DNA of 64,000 bases from Phyllobates terribilis (GCF_046119375.1 NW_027362767.1:421290001-421354000), one strand, 5' to 3'; counted from the stretch's first letter, positions 50,412 through 62,880 are shown. Made by a program: numbers and translations. Notes: a model not told the origin generated them from the sequence alone.

Positions 50412-51393
50412 TGTAGTAGTGGGGGAAGGATGTAGCTTCCCTATAGCACTGAAAGAGTTAAAAAGAGTGTTCCCAATAGTTAGATCTCTCTGGGCTGCCT
50501 TTAGGTCCAGTTAAGGGGTTAGCTGTGATAATCCAGCCCAGTAGAGTAAAAGGGGAACCCATTGCTTTGGCTAGGTATAAGATGTGAATAGATGCCTTGA
50601 TGGCAATATGTCTCCTTGTGAGCTGTAATATTGGTAACCAGCCACAAGATGCCACTGTCCCGAGTGCAGATGACAGTTTGAGTCTGCCAGTAGTGTTACA
50701 GACAGTGAAGGGTTAACTGTGTGTGAGGACAGCCCATAGAGGGCGGGCACTGTAGGCAACAAGTAGTGAGTTTCCAGAAAGATTCAGTGAGAGTTTGGAC
50801 AGTGAACCTTACGGACAGCCTAATATAGTGGCTGCTAGGGTAGATGTGAGCTCAGACAGTAGGATCAACCATGTGAAGATCTCCCTACGCAAGAGTCCTG
50901 TTACCCGCTGGAGAAACTCAACGGAGGTATTGAGGACCCGGGGCACTTTCAGTCTGCAGGCAGCAGAGGAAGATGGGACTCCAGGCTAAGATGTGGAGGA
51001 GATATAAGATCCGGATATACTGTCGCTGGTGAGGAAGAATCTCTTTGGCTAGAGAATAGTGTCATAGAGATGCTTCACTTGAAGAGGGAACCAGGGCTGC
51101 AGATGTTTGCAGCACCTGTGAGGGAGATGACAACCTGTCAGACCTTATCCATTCTATATTCCTCTTCCCCAAGTAAAGTCCCAGTTATGGTTAAGAACCT
51201 CGTGGCCTCTGAATTTATTGCTGCCCTGTTCCCAGACGTGGAATGCCTGGAGACAGCCGCGATCGAATGGTCTGAAGTGGAGAGCACCACATACACTGCC
51301 ACACATAGGAGGGAGGACACGTATTGTCTGTAGGGTGTCAGAGCGAGCAGGGTCTACAGCTCGCCCACGACTTCCTCGCTGAGGCACCTTGCA
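50412..51393. mobile_element. Solo LTR in the Gypsy integrase zinc finger
   Basis: TGTAG...TTGCA ends; CATG duplication; removal restores WPSMLNDIKDFVFTCDVC. Confidence 0.88.
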
Positions 51394-51486
51394 CATGCTT
51401 AATGATATTAAAGATTTTGTATTCACTTGTGATGTTTGCACACGCGCAAAAGTCTTTCTTGGCCGGCCGGCTGAGGAATTGGCTCT

Positions 51487-52564
51487 TGTAGTGCCAGCAT
51501 CCCTGCACGCTGCCCCTCTTCCCCGGCAGGAACGCTGGCTCACTCTCACCGCCGCGACCCCTGTCCTGGACTTCCTCCTTCCTTATCGGTGGCTACCAGG
51601 GGTACGCACACGGCGCGCAGATCACCTAGCACTGTGCTTACTGCGCGCGCTCCCTCTCTTTTAAAGGGGCCGCACATGTCGTCCTAAAGTATCCCAGGCC
51701 AATTGCTGGAGGACACTTACTATTTAAGGCATCTCCAGCATGGAGGTGCCTGAGATAACGTTTGTCTGTTTCTAACACGCTTGCTAGTTCTCAATTTCCA
51801 GTGCTCTTATACTGTATACTAGTCCTGTACATTAGTAAGTAATGTAAAAAAATATATATTTCAGCTCACCTGGGTCATTATAACTGTTTGTTTCTAGGTT
51901 AATATTATGTGACTGATATTTAGCGAGGTATATTTATGGAGTTTGTAATTGTTTGGCAACTTTCCAATTTTTTTTTTTTTTTTTTCCCCTTTTAAATAGA
52001 AACAGTTCATTTAGGGTTAAAACGGAGTTTTCTGAGACTCTGGACTCATGTGTAATTGAGCTTCTGAACAGGTGATGTCGGTGTGCGGCTACTTTCTCCT
52101 TATGCCTTTTTAAAAGTTTTCCCATTTCAACATTGTATTATGCTATGAATAAGGATCTACGTATCCGAAACGCGTAGGCCTCTGTATGCTTTTATTTGCA
52201 CTATAGTCTCATGGTTTTTAATTTTTTCAAAATAAACGCTATTTTTTAAGTCCATTTCACAAGTTGCTGGATAACCACCCTTTCATCACTAGTCCTGTAC
52301 ATTAGTCTTTACCTGCCTACCTCGATACCAGCCCCTGTGCCTATCGTGCTTGCCAAGTCTACCGTTCTTGCCTCGTGTCCCTTGGGGGTAAGTTGCCATC
52401 CACCCGTGGTCAGCGCTGGTGTAGCACCTGGTCTTGCCTCCCTCAGATCGCGGTATCATTAGCCACTATGCATTAGAGGTCTGACTTGGTGAGGCACCTA
52501 GTACACGTCCCTCCAGGCTTTCCTCTGATCATGGCACAGTGGTTCCACCACCCAGTCCGTTATA
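51487..52564 (+). mobile_element. Solo LTR in Gypsy integrase
   Basis: TGTAGTG...CCGTTATA ends; GCTCT/GCTCC duplication; integrase RPA.EL / PLPV.ERP continues across it. Confidence 0.75.
51837..52287 (+). mobile_element. Penelope-like/retrozyme-like short insert
   Basis: Flanked by the exact 19-bp direct repeat ACTAGTCCTGTACATTAGT (51818-51836, 52288-52306); contains GGAT-loop-ATCC-GAAACGCGT. Confidence 0.62.
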
Positions 52565-53192
52565 GCTCCATTGCCAGTTACAGAAAGACCGTAAACTCAT
52601 TTGTCCATGGATTTCAGAACGGATTTGCCTTTGTCTGGAGGGAAGACAGTTATTTGGGTGGTTGACTGATTCCGTAAACCAGCGCATTTTGTTCCTTTAT
52701 CGAGGTTACCGAATGGTGAAACACTTTCCGGGCTATTTATCTATTATGTGATTGCATGGAATCCCTTTGAACATTGTATAGGAAAGGAGGTGCAATTTGT
52801 CTCCAAGTTCTGGAAAGCGTTTTGTAAGAAATTGGTGACTGAATTGCCATTCAAGCCAATCGTTGGAACAAATTTCAAGGTGTTTTGTTGCAGCTCAGCA
52901 GGAGGACTGATCCTCACTTTCACCTCTTGCTGAGTTCGCCTTTAACAGTCAGGTTAACCAGTCTACTGGAACCTCTCCCTCTTCTTTTTTTTTTTTTTTT
53001 TTTTTTTTGCAATTATGGTTTTCATCCCCATTTTAGTGAATTCTCCAGGATGAGTTCTGGGTGTCGTGGTGTAGAGGTAGCTATACTGAAATTTGGGGCT
53101 GTCTGAAGGAAGGTTTAAAAGAATATTGTCGTGGCTCATCTTAGTTCTCAAATAATTGTGATGTTTGATATATATAGATGTATGCATATGTA

Positions 53193-54998
53193 CAGGGTAG
53201 TTCAAAAGTAGGTGGACAGAAAATGTAATGTAATGGAATGTTTCTGTGCTGAGATAATCTTATAAATGTGCCCCTGCTGTGTACTGTGTAATGGCTGTGT
53301 CTGACTGTACAGGAACATGGTCTGATCATACCACAGCTCCTGGGCGGGGGGGAAGCAAAAGAGTATACAGACAGGACAGCAGGGGATCACAGCTGATTGA
53401 AGAAAAACAAAGAAACATTGTTTAAAAACAGGTAGGGAAATGTTTTACCTCACAAAACGAATCAGCTGTGATCCCATGCTGTAATGTCTGTATACTCTTT
53501 TGCTTGCCCCACACCCCACCCAGGAGCTGTGGTATGGTCAGACACAGCCATTACACAGTACACAGCAGGGGCACATTTATAAGACTAGATGGTGGCCCGA
53601 TTCTAACGCATCGGGTATTCTAGATTCTGTATGCGGCCGACCGGGCGCAAGCAGCAGAGCGGTGTTTACATTTGGCGCCAAAATCGCAGATTGGTCACGG
53701 CCGGCAGTCGCGACCCATCAGCAGAGCGGGGTTTAAATTTGCCGCCCATATCGATGATTGGTCGGGGCCAGCGGCCGCAACCAATCAGCGTCGTATTAGT
53801 GAGGACCGGGGAGCGGCGCTGCCTGTGCGGGTACTTCCGCTGCGAGCAGCTGGGAGATGAGCGGCTGCTCGCAGCAAAAGCATCCCGACCGGCGGCGCCG
53901 CTCCTCGGTCCTCCGTTCACACTTGCCGTCGGGAGATCATAGCGCTGTTTAAATTTTGCGCCAATCTTGCTGATTGGTCGCGGTTGGCGTCCGCGACCAA
54001 TCAGCCCAGCAGTGTTTAAATGTGGCGCCCAAATCGGTGATTGGCCGCGGCCAATCAGCAGAGCGGTGTTTAACTTTAGCGCCAAGATCAATGATTGGTC
54101 GCGGGCGGAGAGCGCGACCAATCAGCGAATCATATTGGTGAGGACCGGGGAGCGCCGCTGCCTGTGCGGATACTTCCGCTGCGAGAAGCCGGGACATGAG
54201 CTGGCGCTCGCAGCAGAAGTATCCCGACCCGCACCGCCGCTCCCTTGACACGCTAGCCGCTGATGTCCCCACAGTATCCGCATGGTGTTACAAAGGTCCG
54301 GACATTTGTGTTAAAAATCTCTGGTCGCGGGCAGCGCCAGTGACCAATCACCGATTTTGGCGCCAAATTTAAATAGCGTCATCGACCAATCAGCACAGCG
54401 GTGTTTAAATGTGGAGCCAAGATCGGTGATTGGTCGCGGCCGATATTTAAATTTGGCGCCCAAATCGGTGATTGGTCGCGGGCAGCGTCCGCGACCAATC
54501 AGCACAGCGTTGTTTAACTTTTGCGGTAAGATCAGTGATTGGTCGTGGTCTTCGGACCCGACCAATCATCGAATCGTCTTGGTGAGGACCTGGGAGCGGC
54601 GCTGCCTGTGCGGGTACTTCCGCTGCGAGAACCCGGGACATGAGCGGGCACTCGCAGCAGAAGTATCCCGACCCGCAGCGCCGCTCCCCGGTCCTCCCTT
54701 CCGCATGGAGGTCAGCGACGCCGGCGGTCCTTCCGCTGCTACCGGCCGGGAGATGAGCGCCTCGCGCCGCTCATCTCCTGGCTGCATCGCTGCTGAGCTC
54801 CGTCCCTCAGATGAGCCGCTAACGGCCACCATCTTTTTTTCAGAAATCCTGCGGCGCTGATTGGCCGCTGCCGGACCAATGAGCGACGCGGGATTTCCAG
54901 GACAGACAGACAGAAGACAGACAGACAAAGACTATGATAGATAGATAATCTCAGAGCAGGAACATTTTATTACACTTTCTGTCCACCTACTTTTGGAC

Positions 54999-55003
<5 letters not shown>
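53193..55003. mobile_element. Tc1/mariner-type MITE (composite)
   Basis: Inverted arms ...CAAAAGTAGGTGGACAGAAA at ~53193-53259 and ~54944-55003; TA on the left, (TG)n on the right; inner hairpin 53260-53582. Confidence 0.65.
53585..54945 (-). mobile_element. Non-autonomous Helitron
   Basis: Minus strand starts TCTATC... with a (GTCT)n tract and ends with hairpin CCCGAT-N8-ATCGGG followed by CTAG|T. Confidence 0.75.

Positions 55004-55046
<43 letters not shown>
55002..55046. repeat. (TG)n microsatellite
   Basis: About 22 TG dinucleotides. Confidence 0.95.
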
Positions 55047-55052
<6 letters not shown>

Positions 55053-56657
55053 TAGTACAGACCAAAAGTTTGGACACACCTTCTCATTTAAAGACTTTTC
55101 TGTATTTTCATGACTATGAAAATTGTACATTCACACTGAAGGCATCAAAACTATGAATTAACACATGTGCAATTATATACTTAACAAAAAAGTGTGCAAC
55201 AACTGAAAATATGTCTTATATTCTAGGTTCTTCAAAGTAGCCACCTTTTGCTTTGATGACTGCTTTGCACACTCTTGGCATTCTCTTGATGAGCTTCAAG
55301 AGGTAGTCACCGGAAATGGTCTTCCAACAATCTTGAAGGAGTTCCCAGAGATGCTTAGCACTTGTTGGCCCTTTTGCCTTCACTCTGCGGTCCAGCTCAC
55401 CCCAAACCAGCTCGATTGGGTTCAGGTCTGGTGACTGTGGAGGCCAGGTCATCTGGCGTAGCACCCCATCACTCTCCTTCTTGGTCAAATAGCCCTTACA
55501 CAGCCTGGAGGTGTGTTTGGGGTCATTGTGCTGTTGAAAAATAAATGATGCTCCAACTAAACGCAAACCGGATGGACTAGCATGCCGCTGCAAGATGCTG
55601 TGGTAGCCATGCTGGTTCAGTATGCCTTCAATTTTGAATAAATCCCCAACAGTGTCACCAGCAAAGCACCCCCACACCATCACACCTCCTCCATGCTTCA
55701 CGATGGGAACCAGGCATGTAGAGTCCATCCGTTCACCTTTTCTGCGTTGCACAAAGACACGGTGGTTGGAACCAAAGATCTTAAATTTGGACTGATCAGA
55801 CCAAAGCACAGATTTCACTGGTCTAATGTCCATTCCTTATGTTCTTTAGCCCAAACCAGTCTCTTTTGCTTGTTGCCTGTCCTTAGCAGTGGTTTCCTAA
55901 CAGCTATTTTACCATGAAGGCCTGCTGCACAAAGTCTCCTCTTAACAGTTGTTGAAGAGATGTGTCTGCTGCTAGAACTCCGTGTGGCATTGACCTGGTC
56001 TCTAATCTGAGCTGCTGTTAACCTGCGATTTCTGAGGCTGGTGAATCGGATAAACTTATCCTCTGAAGTAGAGGTGACTCTTGGTCTTCCTTTCCTGGGG
56101 CGGTCCTCATGTGAGCCAGTTTCTTTGTAGCCCTTGATGGTTTTTGCAACTGCACTTGGGGGCACTTTCAAATGTTTCCCAATTTTTCGGACTGACTGAC
56201 CTTCATTTCTTAAAGTAATGATGGCCACGCGTTTTTCTTTACTTAGCTGCTTTTTTTCTTGCCATAATACAAATTCTAACAGTCTATTCAGTAGGACTAT
56301 CAGCTGTGTATCCACCTGACTTCTACACAACTGATGGTCCCAACCCCATTTATAAGGCAAGAAATCCCACTTATTGAACCTGACAGGGCACACCTGTGAA
56401 GTGAAAACCCATTTCCGGTGACTACCTCTTGAAGCTCATCAAAAGAATGCCAAGAGTGTGCAAAGCAGTCATCAAAGCAAAAGGTGGCTACTTTGAAGAA
56501 CCTAGAATATAAGACATATTTTCAATTGTTTCACACTTTTTTGTTAAGTATATAATTCCACATGTGTTAATTCATAGTTTTGATGCCTTCAGTGTGAATG
56601 TACAATTTTCATAGTCATAAAAATACAGAAAAATCTTTAAATGAGAAGGTGTCCAAA
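55053..56657 (-). mobile_element. Tc1-like DNA transposon, same family as 873-2446; frameshifted transposase
   Basis: ORFs 55815-56393 (HTH region) and 55216-55833 (catalytic region); long TIRs; right end runs into the N gap at 56658. Confidence 0.94.
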
Positions 56658-56803
56658 NNNNNNNNNNNNNNNNNNNNNNNNNNNNNNNNNNNNNNNNNNN
56701 NNNNNNNNNNNNNNNNNNNNNNNNNNNNNNNNNNNNNNNNNNNNNNNNNNNNNNNNNNNNNNNNNNNNNNNNNNNNNNNNNNNNNNNNNNNNNNNNNNNN
56801 NNN

Positions 56804-57538
56804 GAATCTTGGGGTAACCATTACCCAGGGCGACCATAGACCATGTGCTGCAGCTTCTCTCAGGCACACAGGGATTATTGACCATCAGGCACAGACACGT
56901 AGGTTGTTTCACTTGCTGACCAGACACGCTTGATGAGTCCTCAAACGGTAGAACAGTAGCATTTAATAAGAAGCCACACAGCCAGTGCAAGTTAAGTCTT
57001 ATGAGCAACAGGCTCCAGTGACAAACAGTACAGTTTCCTTAGCAGTTCAGTCTTCCCAGTAGTACAGGACAGCACAGTTCTAATGCAAAGGCACATTAAT
57101 TTACACAGCATTCTTTACAGCACAGTGAGATGGAGGGGGGGGGGGGAGGGTTTGCTGAGAGAGATGATCCCTGTGACACCATTTCTTCCAGTCCTTATCT
57201 TTCTGCTTGACAACACTCTGCAATGCTAGTTCAGGAACTCTACCTGACCTGTGCTTAGGTTCACTCCTGACTTGAATACTTTTCACTTGCAGGGGCTCTT
57301 CTGTCAGATGCAGAGCACACGCACCAACTTTCTCTTTGGCTCCAGCCAGACAGTAAACAACTTGCCCACAATCCCCCTGGGGCTCTGCTAAAGCACTCCT
57401 TCTCCTGTGACTGTGTTAACCCCTCTAGTTGCTGGATGCTTCTGGAGCACAACACTTCCTGTCTCCTGTGCTTCTGTTACTGCTAATAGTTGCTGAATGC
57501 TTTTTAAAGCAACAGCACTACTTCTGCATGTCACAACA
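56804..57538 (-). mobile_element. LTR-like fragment
   Basis: Minus strand begins TGTTGTGACA and carries ATTAAA; other end lost in the gap. Confidence 0.4.
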
Positions 57539-58099
57539 TATTTTATATTGAATGTGCCGTCAGTGAACTTGGATCCTAAGTTTATTGGCCCATATGAGAC
57601 TTTGGAGGTAGTTTAATACACAGACCTTTTAGAGTAAAACTCCCTCTGTTTCTTCATATCCCGAAAATGTTCCATAGATCACTGCTAAAGGAGTTAGTCC
57701 CTTTTGGTTTTGTCTCCCTCATCCTCCCCTCGCCTCCTCTGGTTTCTATCAATGACAGTTTAGAGTATGAGGTACACAAGATTGATTCTCTGAATCTCCA
57801 TAATTCCCTCCAGTATATCATCCTTTGGAAGGGATACGGACTGGAGGAGAGATCCTGGGTGCTAGCTCGAGCTGTGAAGGCTGATCACCTGGTCAGGGCA
57901 TTCAACTGTAGGTTCCCCCCAACCTCTAGAAAAGGGGTTCTGTCACTGTTCCACCACTTAGTGTCTTAGGGACGCTGTGACTGACAGCTCTACCTCCCAA
58001 TCTGAGGCAGAGGTGAGTATTGTGAGAGAATGGCTGAGCAGTCAATCTGGCTGGGTCTGTGGGATCTCCTCCAGGTTTCATCTATTCTATTAACATTTC

Positions 58100-58640
58100 T
58101 TTGAGCGCTTTTGCAGGTGGGATCTAAAGGGTATCCACCTGAAAAAGACATCGTAGGGAACATATCTTTAAACTGATGGGAGGAGTGACATTTGAATCAT
58201 ATTCGATATAAGAATTGGTGATCAGACTTGATAAAGAACTGCTACTCGAAACGCGTTGGATGAAAGCAGTCAAGTGTCTTTCTGGCTTTTATTGTATCGC
58301 TGCACATCTGAAAAAAAAAAATACATAATTTTTCACCGAACAGATGTGCTGATTATACATGAATGTCTACATGAATTGGTGAAATATATAAATTTTTCCA
58401 TATTTGTGATATGAATAATATAAGATCTTTCATAATTTTTACTATTTGTTGTAGTTTTCGACATGATTGCTTGGTGTTTCTTTTAAATGTTTTACTGGGA
58501 TACCTTGTAATACTCTATGGTTAGGAGTGACAGCAATGCTAGAAACGCGCGACGAGGTCTATGCCTAAATAGCGTCTTATTTTTAGACATTTTGAAGCAA
58601 AGAATCTTGGTTGATAAGTGTGCCTATATAGCCCTTGTTG
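58100..58640 (+). mobile_element. Penelope-like relic
   Basis: CGAAACGCGT at 58247-58256 and GAAACGCG at 58542-58549; degenerate, boundaries approximate. Confidence 0.45.
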
Positions 58641-59407
58641 TTTTTTTTCACTTTACATGATGGAACAATGGTTTTACCCCCACATGTGGTATATCAGATT
58701 ACTCAGGAGAAATTGCACAACACATTTTGTGGTCCATTTTCTCCTGTTACCCTTGGGGAAAAAAAATTAAAAAAATTGGGGTCTAAAGTTAAATTTGTGT
58801 TTTTTAAAGTTAAATGTTCATTATTTTTTTTTTTTTTTTTTTTTTTCTTCCACATTGCTTCTGTTCCTGTGGAGGGTTAACAAACTTCTTCTTGAATGCT
58901 GTTTTGAGTTCCTTGAGGGGTGCATTGTTTAGAATGGTGTCACTTTTGGGTGTTTTCTGTCATAAAGGCCCCTCAAAGTCACTTCAAATGTGATGTGGTC
59001 CCTAAAACAAAAAAAATTTTTTTTTTTGGAAAAATGAAAAATCACTGGTCAACTTTTAACACTTAACAAAAAAAAAAGTTAGGAAGTTGTTGCAAAAAAT
59101 TGTGCTGATGTAAAGTAGACATGTGGGAAATGTTAGTTATTAACTATTTTGTGACATGTCTCTGATTTAAGGGCATAAAAATACAAAGTTTGAAAATTGT
59201 GAAATAAATAAATGGCGAAAATTTAGCAAACAGAAGTGATATCGAATAAATTTTACCACTATCATGGTACAATGTCATGATAAAACAATCTCCGAATCAG
59301 TGGGATCCGCTGAAGCGTTCCAGAGTTATTACCTCATAGTGACAATGGTCAGAATTGTAACATTTGGCCTGGTCATTAAGGGCATAATTGGCTCCGTCAC
59401 GAAGGGG
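58640..59407. mobile_element. piggyBac-like non-autonomous fragment
   Basis: Right terminus GTCACGAAGGGG|TTAA; left end not found. Confidence 0.5.
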
Positions 59408-59686
59408 TTAAAGTTGGTGTCATCAGAAAATTACTCATTGTTTAAATAAGTTTTTCGTGTTACATGTATTTTAAAAGAAGAGAAAATTGTCAATTTATTT
59501 TTCATATTACAATCTTTATTAAACTACTAAATTAATCTTGCAACTGACACACTGGACATGGGGGCTCTTTTTGACTTGTACTTCCTGTTCTTTTAGTAAG
59601 AGTTTACAGCAGTTTTCTTATCAGAGGCAGGATTATAATGACAGCTAACACCTCAATGCACAGCTCATACCACAGGATCCACTAAT

Positions 59687-60921
59687 TGTCAGGGAAATAT
59701 TGAAAATATCTTTTCTCCCGCTGAAGCCCCTCTCACCTCTTCCTTATCCACCCTTTTGTCACAAAAGAGCTGAGCGCTCTGTCTCTATACAACTTGACTC
59801 ACACCTGAAAAGAGCAAATGCTGGCACGTTAGGTGCTACAGACCCATTTAGCAGGCGCGTGTGTTTTCCTCCGACAGAGGAGGGTGCAGCTCGTTAAGAT
59901 CAAACGCACTCAAATAATCAGAACAATTCCCAGCCACAAGTTCCCAGGACATCCGGCACCGATACGGAATAGCTCAAGTTCCATAATACTGATAACGGGA
60001 ACTATATTTTTAGTGGCAGAGTCAGCTAAGGAACAAGAGGCTTACTTTTGCGCCACAGCCCCCCGGAGGGGCTTATGGCTATGGAAAAAAATAACAAAAT
60101 AGCAGATAACAACTACGCCATGTGTGGTCTCGAAATGAAGGTAACATCATAATGGAAAATATATGGTATCGCTTCTGGGATCAACTAGTGATAAGTTATC
60201 CCAAAAAATGGGTGTCTTAAATAAAATGTGAAGGGCAGACTGGAGACCAGCCCTGTGCTGACATCACAGGGGGTGTGTGGGCAGATCTTCCCTTAGGCAT
60301 AAAAGAGCCAACTGAAGATTGATCTATATTCTTTGCCAAGGGGGTATAAATACTATAAGCAACGGTCGCGTTCGATAACGCTCAGATCAAATTGGGAAGC
60401 CGCTCCTCCACCTCTGCTGATTCATCCCTGTGAACTCTATAGAGTAAGTTTCTTTTTTTAATCCTTATTAATTTATGTAACTGTCTATTCTGTATTGTAA
60501 ATGTCCATTTGTAAAATCTTGTATATTTCTAACACTGCCTCCCTTTTGGATTAAATATAAAATTTAATAGTTCTGTTTCTTTTGTCCTGTAATCATTCCC
60601 TCTCCCGAAGCCATATACGCTACCAGAAAGCAGGCGTTCGCCCAGGCCTGTATTATAATTCAAATCTGGACGGTGGTGGCAGAGAATAATAATTGGGCTA
60701 TCGTGAAGCTGACAGTAACCGTATGGGGAGCGTATAAACATATTCCATGCGTTGGAAATCGGAGGTATGATGCCATACGCTCACTGGTCGCTTGCTGATA
60801 CCTACATGGGGAGTAGTCTGGATCGTGTGCTCGCGTATCCCTGACGAAATCCTGACAGAGTGATGGTAACGGTGAAACATTGCGTGATCGCCCTGGTGTC
60901 ATCTCTATGGAATACCTGACA
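59687..60921 (+). mobile_element. Solo LTR
   Basis: TGTCAGG...CCTGACA termini; CTAAT 5-bp duplication; TATAAATA near 60345. Confidence 0.87.
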
Positions 60922-61526
60922 CTAATCAGAATAGTCAATGTTGCAGTTCACCTCCTCCTCCACCTGTGCAATGTCTGATAACAACTCTACCAATCATTCA
61001 AAATGCTCCCTCTGACTTCACAATGAACTTTGCACACGCTCGATAGATGCTTCAATTCGAAAGATAGGGTCTGTCTGATCATTACTACTACACGTGCATT
61101 TTTTGACACAGGAAGTTAGTGTATAAAAAAAAAAAAAAAAAAAATTAAAAAAAATCCCAGTGGCCAATGTGAAAATTGCAAAATTTCTAATTTTTCATTT
61201 AATTACCTTTTGATAAGACAAAATCATTGCTAAAGATTTAAAACAAAAATCTGATGCAATATGTCATTTTCTGATTTGCATATTCCCTGTAAAATTAAAC
61301 AGGTTCTAGTATGTCCTGCTGCTGAGATCAGTGATCAGGTGTAAGCCACGGAAGAAGTCTAGATTATAGATATTATTTGCTCTAACTAATGAGAGCTTGA
61401 ATCCTCAACCCCAATATCAAATTCACAACATAACATATTTAGAAAAGTTTTTTTCCCAATCTTAGCACGCCACTTTTAATACGTTTTCCAGTTGAAGGTG
61501 TTGACCGCCAAAATCTTCAAATGAGT

Positions 61527-62450
61527 TTACCAAGACCTTTGGAACTTTTTCAAAGCCCTTTTCACGTCTTTATTCTTCAAGCTGTAGATCACTGGATTGA
61601 GCAGAGGGACAGCGGCTGTATTAAAGAGAGCAAAAAGTTTCTTGGATTCCAAAGTGCTACTTAGGTTCGGGGTCAGATATTGTCCAAAAAGTGTCGTGTA
61701 CAGCAATATGACCACCGTTAGGTGTGAGGAACACGTGTAGAAGGCCTTCAGTCTTCCAGAGCTGGTACGAATCCTTAGTATGGCATGTATGATAAATATG
61801 TAAGACACAAACGTTAGGAGAAATGGTGTCAGGATTATGGGAAATAGTCCTTCTATGAAGAAGAGCATTTCAACAAATGTGGTGTCTTCACACGAAATTC
61901 TGATCACAGGGATTATATCACAGAAGAAGTGATTGATCTCAATGGAGAAATAGCAAGAAAAACTATAAACCGTCCCAATTGGAGGAAGAACTTGCAAAAA
62001 TCCCAAAATCCAACAGACCGCAGCCAATATTCCGCACGTCTTAGTGCTCATCATCAGGTGATATTGTAAAGGTTTACAGATGGCCACATAGCGGTCATAA
62101 CTCATGGCTGTCAAGATTGCCAGCTCAAGACCTTCTAATGACCCAAACATGTACATCTGAGCCATGCAGGCAAAAAAAGAAACCCTTTTATCCCCAACGA
62201 TGAAATTTGTAAGGATCTTATGCAAGGAAACCGTAGAACAACAGATATCTACTATGGACAAGTTTCCCAGGAAGAAGTACATGGGAGTATGGAGATGAGG
62301 GTCTCTGCAAGCAATGAGAATGGTCAAGTTCCCAGATATAGTGCTGAAATAAATCAGGAGAACCAGTAAGAAGATCAGAAGCTCCAAGTGCGGGTCATCC
62401 GATATGCCCTTAATGATGAAATATATGACTGATGTCTGGTTTGTTTGCAT
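61527..62450 (-). CDS. Olfactory receptor (class II-like), intact, 307 aa from the first in-frame ATG
   Basis: MQTNQTS start (the ORF track begins at a TTG at 62465); LHTPMYFFLGNLS, MSYDRYVAICKPLQY, KAFYTCSSH, PLLNPVIYSLKN. Confidence 0.95.
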   Translation of the reverse strand: MQTNQTSVIYFIIKGISDDPHLELLIFLLVLLIYFSTISGNLTILIACRDPHLHTPMYFFLGNLSIVDICCSTVSLHKILTNFIVGDKRVSFFACMAQMYMFGSLEGLELAILTAMSYDRYVAICKPLQYHLMMSTKTCGILAAVCWILGFLQVLPPIGTVYSFSCYFSIEINHFFCDIIPVIRISCEDTTFVEMLFFIEGLFPIILTPFLLTFVSYIFIIHAILRIRTSSGRLKAFYTCSSHLTVVILLYTTLFGQYLTPNLSSTLESKKLFALFNTAAVPLLNPVIYSLKNKDVKRALKKFQRSW

Positions 62451-62880
62451 TGTGGCCAAGTTCAAGCATCTGAAAGAGAGGTCAAATCAATGTCTGGTTT
62501 TTCTTCTTGGATAGTGCTGTTAGACCATGGCATTAGAATATCTTCTGTTAATGATGTTACCAAAGTACTTTTCATTTAATTCCTCTTCTGCCCATGTAAT
62601 TATATTACCGCAAACGTCTATTTTTACTAAACTTACTGCTAACTTAGTAATCGCCAGTAACCACCTAGATTAGTACCTTCCAGCAAGGACGAAGCACATC
62701 CTCTAATTATATCTGTCCAATCTCCCTTTTTTTTTTTCCTTACAATTAGATATAGAGATATTTTGACTTCTGCGGCGCCCCCTGTAGCCTGCTCTCTTCT
62801 GTAGTTGCAGCGGCTGATAATATAACCCAGATGCTTATAAATATCTGCCAGCACTTATAGCTTTTACTTTGTGGTCATCA

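Larger units (their letters stand above)
37245..58090 (+). mobile_element. Chromodomain-type Ty3/Gypsy retrotransposon, decayed and split by nested insertions
   Basis: 5' LTR 37245-37785; gag; protease (FIDCGSAANFID ~38430); RT ~40765-41560; RNase H and integrase N-terminus ~49830-50411; integrase core ~52565-53140; GPY and chromodomain ~57545-57925; purine tract then a partial 3' LTR from 57941 resembling the 5' LTR. Confidence 0.88.

Noticed and set aside
53631-54928. Overlapping Arg/Pro/Ala-rich ORFs
   Set aside because: Translations of the GC-rich Helitron internal repeats.
62451-62465. ORF-track N-terminal extension MNLAT of the second OR
   Set aside because: It starts at TTG; the first in-frame ATG is at 62450.
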